Part shown: in pieces, positions 57,751 through 64,000 of the stretch | How the letters are laid out: each line of letters starts with the position of its first letter | Position numbering within the stretch: the stretch's first letter is position 1 | From: Capsulimonadaceae bacterium | GTDB lineage: Bacteria; Armatimonadota; Armatimonadia; Armatimonadales; Capsulimonadaceae | Direction: 5' to 3' | Assembly: GCA_965215505.1 (NCBI GenBank) | Contig: OZ244065.1 | Coordinates: 1,632,001 to 1,696,000 of the forward strand | Length of the DNA stretch: 64,000 nt | Made by a program: the position numbers and the translations under genes | Notes under the pieces: generated by a model | Databases searched by the model: none | What the model was told of the DNA's origin: nothing | What the model saw: the letters and a program-made list of their open reading frames with translations, nothing else

Positions 57751-58524
57751 ATGAGTCTGAATGTCGTGGTGCTGGCGGGCGGCAGGAACAGCGCGGAGAT
57801 GGCGGCGGCCACCGGCGTCAAGAACCGCGCTCTGATACCGCTGGGCGACCGGACGATGCTGGACTATGTCACGTCCGCCCTGGGCGGGACCGCGTCCGTG
57901 GGCGAGGTCTACGTCGTCGGCGATGTCCCGGCGGGGCCGGGCTACCGGGTCATCAGGGGCGGCGAGACGCTGCTGGACAACCTGATGGCGGGGGTGCGGG
58001 CGGCGGAGGCGGGCGTGGGCGGGGACCGGCTCCTCGTCAGCACCTCGGACATCCCGTTCCTGACGCCCCAGGCCGTGGATGACTTCGTCGGCAGCGCAGT
58101 CCGGTCGGGCGCGGACCTGTGCTGCTCCTATGTGCCCGTGGGCCTCTGTTACGCGCGCTTCCCAGACATGAAGCGCACGGCGGTGAAGCTGCGCGAGGGG
58201 CGACTGACGCTGGGGAACCTGATGCTGGTCAACCCGCACTTCCTGATGGCGAACCAGGAAACGATCTCGCGGGCTTATGACGCCCGGAAAAGCCCGGTCA
58301 AGGTCGCGCAGATGCTCGGGCCTGGCCTGCTCGTCCGGCTGCTCCTGGCCCAGCTTATTGCGCCTTCCCTGCTGACGGTCGGCGCGCTGGAGCGGGGTGT
58401 CGGCAGGCTGCTGGGGGGAGGCGCGCGGGCGGCGGGCATCCGGTCGGAGTACCCGGAGATCGGCACCGACGTGGACAAGCCGGGCGACGTCGCCGTCGCC
58501 CGGCGGATGCTGGCGGAGGGTTAA
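57751..58524 (+). CDS. MobA-like nucleotidyltransferase
   Basis: VVLAGG, TSDIP, GTDVDKP. Confidence 0.8.
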   Translation: MSLNVVVLAGGRNSAEMAAATGVKNRALIPLGDRTMLDYVTSALGGTASVGEVYVVGDVPAGPGYRVIRGGETLLDNLMAGVRAAEAGVGGDRLLVSTSDIPFLTPQAVDDFVGSAVRSGADLCCSYVPVGLCYARFPDMKRTAVKLREGRLTLGNLMLVNPHFLMANQETISRAYDARKSPVKVAQMLGPGLLVRLLLAQLIAPSLLTVGALERGVGRLLGGGARAAGIRSEYPEIGTDVDKPGDVAVARRMLAEG

Positions 58525-59783
58525 TCCTCCGCCGGGTCGTCGCTCAAGTCGAGCGGCAGGTTTTCCGTTTGGGGCGACGTCGGCCTGATGGTCGCGGGGG
58601 GGCCGCCGCGCGGGCGCGGCTTGCGGACACGCTTCTGGGAGGCGCTCCGGTGGTCCTCGGCGGCGATGTAGTGGCGCACCCGGTTCCCGCCCGCATCCTT
58701 GGCCGCGTACATGGCGGCGTCGGCAAAGTCGATCAGGTCGGCCATGACGGCGGCGTCCTGCGGGCAGGCGGCGATGCCGAGGGAGAGGCTGACGGGCAGA
58801 TCAAACTCGGTACGCAGGGCCTGCGCCTGCCGCCGGATCCGGTCGGCGACGGCCAGGGCGGCTTCCACCGAGGTGCCGGGCATCAGCCAGGCGAACTCGT
58901 CACCGCCGTACCGCGCGACCACATCGGTGTCCCGCGCCTGCCCCGCCAGAAGGCGGCCCACCTGCCGCAGTGCCTGGTCACCCGCTCCGTGCCCCTGCGT
59001 GTCGTTGACTCCCTTGAAGCCGTCTATGTCTATCATGGCGACGGCCAGCGTGTCGGTGCGGCGGTTGGCGTGTTCGATCCGCTGGCGCAGCGCGGACTCG
59101 AAGTGGGAGCGGTTGTAGAGGCTGGTCAGCGGGTCACGCTTGGCCCCCTCCAGTACGTCCTCGATCTGCCGATTGAGCCGCAGCAGCGTCTCCCGGACGG
59201 AATTGTGCCCCGCCCCGCCTACCTGGTATCCCTGCTGGGCGAGGTGCGCGGCGGTGGCGATGACGAAACGGCATTCAGGATCGCCGTTGGCGAGGCAGGC
59301 GGCCTCGGCGCACTCGACCTCACCACTCGGAAAGCCACCCAAAGGCGGCAGCCCCCGGACGACCCCCCGCAGCAGTCCGCGCAAATAATCGCAGACAGAA
59401 CCCGTCCGCCCCCGCATCGTGTCCGCTTCCAGGCTGTCCTCAACGCGGATCGTGATCTCGTCCGACTGCCGGGAGGACTGTTCCAGTCGGAGCCGCCCGT
59501 AGCCGGCCTGTGTCAGCACACCCAGCGCCCGCTCCAGCCGGGCGAATCCGGCATCAGCTCCCTCCACCTCGGCGACAGAGGCCATGACGCGCTCCGCCGA
59601 GGCGGTCCCGGCCCGGTAGAGGATGTCGGCGGCGAGGTCGGCACCGATTTCCTGTGTCATCTGTTCCCGCAGGGCATGGAGGCCCCCGGCGTCCTGGAGG
59701 AAGACGCGCTCACCCCCGACTTCCATGCGCCCGGCCTCCCCCGCTCCGGGCATGGCCGGCGTCTCTGAGTAACTCATATTCAT
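58521..59783 (-). CDS. V4R-domain diguanylate cyclase
   Basis: V4R (VCDYLRG, EAACLANGDPECRF) plus DIDGFK..ND..GH, RYGGDEF, ADAAMYAAK. Confidence 0.92.
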   Translation of the reverse strand: MNMSYSETPAMPGAGEAGRMEVGGERVFLQDAGGLHALREQMTQEIGADLAADILYRAGTASAERVMASVAEVEGADAGFARLERALGVLTQAGYGRLRLEQSSRQSDEITIRVEDSLEADTMRGRTGSVCDYLRGLLRGVVRGLPPLGGFPSGEVECAEAACLANGDPECRFVIATAAHLAQQGYQVGGAGHNSVRETLLRLNRQIEDVLEGAKRDPLTSLYNRSHFESALRQRIEHANRRTDTLAVAMIDIDGFKGVNDTQGHGAGDQALRQVGRLLAGQARDTDVVARYGGDEFAWLMPGTSVEAALAVADRIRRQAQALRTEFDLPVSLSLGIAACPQDAAVMADLIDFADAAMYAAKDAGGNRVRHYIAAEDHRSASQKRVRKPRPRGGPPATIRPTSPQTENLPLDLSDDPAED

Positions 59784-59950
59784 CCGTGCTGTCTTGCGCT
59801 TCCTAGAGAGTCTGCGTCTCCCCGAGTTGCCGTTCAGCTTCTCCGGGGGGGCGATTCTCCTGTTTGTATCTGTATAAGCACAAACCATGCCAAAACTGTG
59901 CCTTCCCGAATTTATTTTTCATCCGCGTGCCGCCGCGAACCGCAGGTCCT

Positions 59951-61456
59951 TCATGCAGTACCTTCAGCCGCCTCCAGTTCCGACAGCAGGCTGTAAAGTG
60001 AGGCCATCCAGGCGTGACACGGCTCATCTATGGGGGCAAGGTCCGGGCGGCGGCGTCCCAATGACTCAGCGTAGGCGCGCACCCACCTGATGGCGAGTTC
60101 GGCCTCACTCGCCGCAGCCACTTTAGAAGCCCGATCAAACTGCACGCTCACCCAATCTTCCAGTGTCAGTATGCTGATCACTACGCCATGCAAGTCCTCG
60201 ATCTGCTCGACCCTGAATTTCACTTTTTCCAGATGTTCCGGCGTTTCGCTCGTGACGAACCCTGCCTGATCGACGCTGCCTTGGCCACTCAGTTTTTCGT
60301 TCAGTTCCTCGAGTTCTTCCCTGAGGTCGGGTTTCCCGAATTTGGCGTCCCATGCCTCAACGATCTCGCCGTCCACCTGAAGCTCGATGTCTGCCACGTT
60401 GCCGTGTTTTTTGTTGGCGGATCGCATTTGACTGAGGGGGATCAGGCGGCCATCAAGTGCCTCCACCTCCTGCAACGCCTGCATGAGACTGTGCATGGCG
60501 ACCTCCATCACTCGGGCGCTGTAGTCGGCTTCGTAGATGTGTCGTTTCAGCAGCGCGGTGATAGAGGGCCGATCAACCAGTCTGCCGGAGGATTGAAGGC
60601 GACCTAACAGATCGGTCGAGCTTGACACGAGCGCCTTGAACTCCGAGGCATTGTTGAGCAGTTGTGACAGCAGATATTGAAGTGCCGCCAGAGGAGGCAT
60701 CTTCCCCGCCTCCAACAGCTCTATCATCTCCATCCATTGTCGCCGCGCTCCGCGCGTCCCAGCTTTGTAGACCTCAGTGTAAGGGTAGTTCTCGGCAAGA
60801 GATCGCGTCATGAAAACGCCGTCACGATTCAAGCGGATGAGGTCGTACTTACGCAGGATGGGGGTTATTGATGGACGGTCAATGGCTGTCCGCATCGCCA
60901 CGCCCTCCACCCAGGAGAACAGATCTTGTTTTTCCTCGGCATCCTCGCCCGCCGCAGATCCCGTCGGCTTGCGGGGGAGGCGAACGCTGCGTCCACCGGC
61001 GGAGCGCCCTTTGTGGAGGCGCACACTCTGCTGCGGCTCTACGGCTTTGATGCAGAGCTGTAACACGGACAGTGCGACCAGTGCCCTGCCGACCTCACTT
61101 GTGACCGCCACCACCAAAGCATTCAGAAGCCGTCTGTGGCTGTCCCTCAGGAGGTCCAGGTTGGCCTCTACGGCACCCGGCTCATCGCGGCACAGCAGTA
61201 TCTGCTTCTCTAAAAAATTACCATTTTCTACGGCAAGCGCGGCGCTTATCGTTCGTGACCGCTCCCGCGCCCCTTCACTCTGAGGCCCTTCATGGAACAC
61301 CTCTACCGTTCCATCCGGCCGCACCAGTTCACTGCGGTCGGCGTAGACACGCAGATGGAGTTGAGCCGCCTCGGGGCCGTCACTTGCACCCGCATTGACG
61401 TCCGACGGGATTTTGTCTTGGGAGCTTCGTATGACTTGGTCGGCGTTATCACTCAT
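59951..61456 (-). CDS. Putative type II restriction endonuclease (PD-(D/E)XK)
   Basis: 2-bp gap after the C5 methyltransferase; ADIEL...EAWDAK candidate catalytic motif. Confidence 0.6.
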   Translation of the reverse strand: MSDNADQVIRSSQDKIPSDVNAGASDGPEAAQLHLRVYADRSELVRPDGTVEVFHEGPQSEGARERSRTISAALAVENGNFLEKQILLCRDEPGAVEANLDLLRDSHRRLLNALVVAVTSEVGRALVALSVLQLCIKAVEPQQSVRLHKGRSAGGRSVRLPRKPTGSAAGEDAEEKQDLFSWVEGVAMRTAIDRPSITPILRKYDLIRLNRDGVFMTRSLAENYPYTEVYKAGTRGARRQWMEMIELLEAGKMPPLAALQYLLSQLLNNASEFKALVSSSTDLLGRLQSSGRLVDRPSITALLKRHIYEADYSARVMEVAMHSLMQALQEVEALDGRLIPLSQMRSANKKHGNVADIELQVDGEIVEAWDAKFGKPDLREELEELNEKLSGQGSVDQAGFVTSETPEHLEKVKFRVEQIEDLHGVVISILTLEDWVSVQFDRASKVAAASEAELAIRWVRAYAESLGRRRPDLAPIDEPCHAWMASLYSLLSELEAAEGTA

Positions 61457-61458
61457 GG

Positions 61459-63459
61459 TCAGAGGGTCTTTCTAAGCTGGATGCTGCGGGGCGTCAGTGT
61501 CGGGAAGGCGTAGGGGATCAGATACTCTCCTGGCAGTATTTGTGGATTGGTGTTGCTGTTGCGGACCTCATAGCCCATCGAACGCAAGGTTTTGAGCGCC
61601 GGCACCACCTCATCCTCTGGAACCCCCCAGGCCTCCGCGAAGACGGATGAGGGCATTTGTGAGGAGACACCGATGCCCCCTATCACCTTGGCCAAGATGC
61701 GCCACTCCATCGCAGGGGGGGCCATGCTCGACATGTACATCCATGCGCGCATCTTGGGCGCGTACTGGTAGTAGCCCGAGAGTTGAACCAGGTCAGCAAT
61801 TCCGTACTTCTCTTCAACCGTCTCTTCAAAGGCTTTCCACAGGGCCGTCAGCAATGCCGGCGCGCGGCCGGAGCCACAGAGCGTGACGGACTGTAAAGGA
61901 ATGGGCCACTCCATTCCCTGGGCCGGCTCGATGCTGATCGAATAGCTGAAGCCGTCATCCCTGCCCGCCTCAGGCTCCAGAGGGGAACTGCTGATGATCG
62001 GCGTGAGTTGATCTCCCCCATAGTGTAACTGCACAGGGAAATTCCCCTGGCCCGCGTCGTTGACGAGAGCGAAAGTTTGGGTCAGGTAACGTATTTCCCT
62101 CTTGACAAAGACGCCGCGCGGCACGGAAGATGGAGATAACTCAGGCATCGCCGCGATCGCGGCCCTAGCCTTCGCGGCGTACTTCTCCGTCAGAGTACGC
62201 TTGCGGGTACGGAATCCGAGCGTCTGGCCTTCTTCAAGATAGTGCATCGGGAACGGGAGGGCCGTGTCGAATATCTGGTTCAGGATGCTGAGGGCGAGGA
62301 TTCGGCCGATCTGCGGCGGGACAGAGTTGCCGATCTGATGGATGCGCGCTTGGCGCGGGCCGACGAGTTCATAACCGTCAGGAAAGGTTTGTAGGCGTTT
62401 CATCTCGGCCGTACTGAAGTGCCGATTTTCCCACGAGAACGGCCCGGTATAAGCGCCGCCTTGTGCCTTGACTGTACGCACGGGTGTCAGGGGGTCCGCC
62501 TTGTACATGAGGTCGCTGAACTTCGACCGCCATGCGAACACGGGCGTCGGGTGCCCCATCTCGCGCGTGTAGAACGAATAGTTCAGGCCTGGAGGTATGT
62601 CGCAGATCAAGTGTCCCCACTTCCCGCGCATGAGGAGTGAATTCTCTTCAGTAGGGTCGGCCCCCATCACGGCCTCGCCTGCGGAGTAGAAAGCTCTTGC
62701 GGTGTAAGCGTCCGGCCCGTGCGTCGGACACGGAAAGCGATAGTGACGGATGGCAACGGCATCATCCCGCAGACCGATGATGAACAACCTTTCGCGATGC
62801 TGCGGTACGCCGTAGTCGGCCGCGTCCAGCACCCGGAAGTGAATGACATAGCCGGCATCGCGAAAAGCCTGCTGGATATGACGCCACGGTTCCCCGCCTT
62901 CGGCACCCGTGATGCCGTAGACGTTCTCAAAGAGAAAGCCCACAGGGCGGAGCGCCTGCAATATACGCACATACTCTTGGAACAAAGTGCCGCGTGGGTC
63001 GGTGGTTCCTTTAACCCCGGAAGCCCGCCTGCCCGCTGCCGAAAATGTCTGACAGGGTGGCCCGCCGATGATGAAGTCTATCCCAAGGTCCGCAGGCGGC
63101 TGATACTCGCGGATGTCTACACACTTCACCGTGCCGGTCAGCATCTCCCCCCGACGCGCATTCGCTTCAAGGGTGGCCGCGAACCGCTTCTCGATCTCGA
63201 CCATTTCCACCACATGAAACCCCGCATCATGGAACGCGATGTCGAGGCCGCCGCCGCCACTGAACAAGCTCAACGCGCGGACCGGGCGGCGGTCATGGGT
63301 GGCTAGCCAGAGGCGAAGGTTCTCTCCGAAGCGGTCCGGCCAGGCCGGGCCGGGTGGCACGCCGAGGGCCGATAACATCTGCCCGTGCCAATCTTCAAGC
63401 ACTTCAGGACGAGGCTCAAAATCAAAAAGGGTGGGTTGGGGGCTGTTCAAGGAAAGCAT
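61459..63459 (-). CDS. DNA (cytosine-5)-methyltransferase with long C-terminal extension
   Basis: LFSGGGG, GGPPCQ, FENV, DYGVPQHRER, QTFPD, QIGNSVPP; about 270 extra residues after motif X. Confidence 0.95.
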   Translation of the reverse strand: MLSLNSPQPTLFDFEPRPEVLEDWHGQMLSALGVPPGPAWPDRFGENLRLWLATHDRRPVRALSLFSGGGGLDIAFHDAGFHVVEMVEIEKRFAATLEANARRGEMLTGTVKCVDIREYQPPADLGIDFIIGGPPCQTFSAAGRRASGVKGTTDPRGTLFQEYVRILQALRPVGFLFENVYGITGAEGGEPWRHIQQAFRDAGYVIHFRVLDAADYGVPQHRERLFIIGLRDDAVAIRHYRFPCPTHGPDAYTARAFYSAGEAVMGADPTEENSLLMRGKWGHLICDIPPGLNYSFYTREMGHPTPVFAWRSKFSDLMYKADPLTPVRTVKAQGGAYTGPFSWENRHFSTAEMKRLQTFPDGYELVGPRQARIHQIGNSVPPQIGRILALSILNQIFDTALPFPMHYLEEGQTLGFRTRKRTLTEKYAAKARAAIAAMPELSPSSVPRGVFVKREIRYLTQTFALVNDAGQGNFPVQLHYGGDQLTPIISSSPLEPEAGRDDGFSYSISIEPAQGMEWPIPLQSVTLCGSGRAPALLTALWKAFEETVEEKYGIADLVQLSGYYQYAPKMRAWMYMSSMAPPAMEWRILAKVIGGIGVSSQMPSSVFAEAWGVPEDEVVPALKTLRSMGYEVRNSNTNPQILPGEYLIPYAFPTLTPRSIQLRKTL

Positions 63460-63552
63460 TCACTCAGTCGTTCCCGGCCAGGCGCTGCCGGACGTGCAAA
63501 AAGCAGAGGGCGCGGCCATCCACTGTCGGGGCATGACCTGATTGTACCCCTT

Positions 63553-64000
63553 TCATCCGCGCGCCGCCGCGAAGCGCAGGTCCTTCATGATCCGCAGTTG
63601 GTACAGGGTGAAGCCGACCAGCAAGGCCCCCATGACCCAGGCCGCCGCCGTGGCGTAGCCGAATTTCAGGAACAGGAAGGCGTTGTACCAGATCTCCAGG
63701 CCCAGCGTCTGGGTCGAGTAGAGCGGCCCGCCGCCGGTCATCACCAGGATGTTGTCGGTGGCCTGGAAGGTCCCGATGACCGCCCCGACGAGGTTGATGA
63801 TGATGAGCGGTTTCAGGGTCGGGACTGTCACGCGCCAGATCTTGGTCCAGATGCCCGCGCCGTCCAGGTCCGCCGCCTCGTACATCTCCGTCGGGATGGA
63901 GCGCAGGGCGGCCTGGTAGATCAGACTGCCCGGCCCCGCCGAGGCCCACACAGACGGCAGGATGACCGAGAGCAGGGCGATCTTCGGGTCTTCCAGCCAC
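63553..64000 (-). CDS. Carbohydrate ABC transporter permease (C-terminal part; 5' end outside the window)
   Basis: MYEAADLDGAG..W (EAA loop), MTGGGP, FGYATAAAW. Confidence 0.9.
   Translation of the reverse strand, partial: WLEDPKIALLSVILPSVWASAGPGSLIYQAALRSIPTEMYEAADLDGAGIWTKIWRVTVPTLKPLIIINLVGAVIGTFQATDNILVMTGGGPLYSTQTLGLEIWYNAFLFLKFGYATAAAWVMGALLVGFTLYQLRIMKDLRFAAARG

Overview
GC-rich bacterial chromosomal window. The gene repertoire (exosortase/PEP-CTERM, DUF1559 pilin-like protein, YabE-like 3D protein, Gram-positive-style LexA boxes) suggests an Armatimonadota-like organism; this is an inference. In order, the window holds: (1) a minus-strand exosortase/EpsI/PEP-CTERM and exopolysaccharide cluster with a Ser/Thr kinase (1-15.4 kb); (2) an FN3-like secreted protein, rsmA, a GH140-like hydrolase and a YabE-like gene; (3) an SOS locus with recA, a Rad52-like gene, a LysM yneA-like gene, lexA and three C(G/A)AAC-N4-GTTTG boxes; (4) a LacI/DUF1559/TPR/ABC block and a frameshifted class A beta-lactamase; (5) quinone genes, then a proteolysis cluster (hslV, hslU, rimI, bpt/ate, clpS, M13 and S46 peptidases) and pdxS; (6) a Ro60/TROVE operon; (7) ispE, a V4R-GGDEF protein, a putative type II restriction-modification pair and a partial sugar ABC permease. 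The stand-out is the ~1.1 kb region upstream of ro60 (52666-53720, minus strand). It is an array of eight Y-RNA modules, all with GGCCG-N9-GGTTA and a bulged-C Ro-binding helix. Four have the canonical topology and alternate with four circularly permuted tRNA/Y hybrids whose anticodon arm is replaced by the Ro-binding module. Two hybrids carry tRNA-Ala/tmRNA identity elements (G3.U, discriminator A; one has an encoded CCA) and one is tRNA-Leu-like. A minimal Ro-binding hairpin abuts the ro60 ribosome-binding site, and a leader peptide plus terminator precede the operon. All calls are by eye; no searches or folding programs were run.
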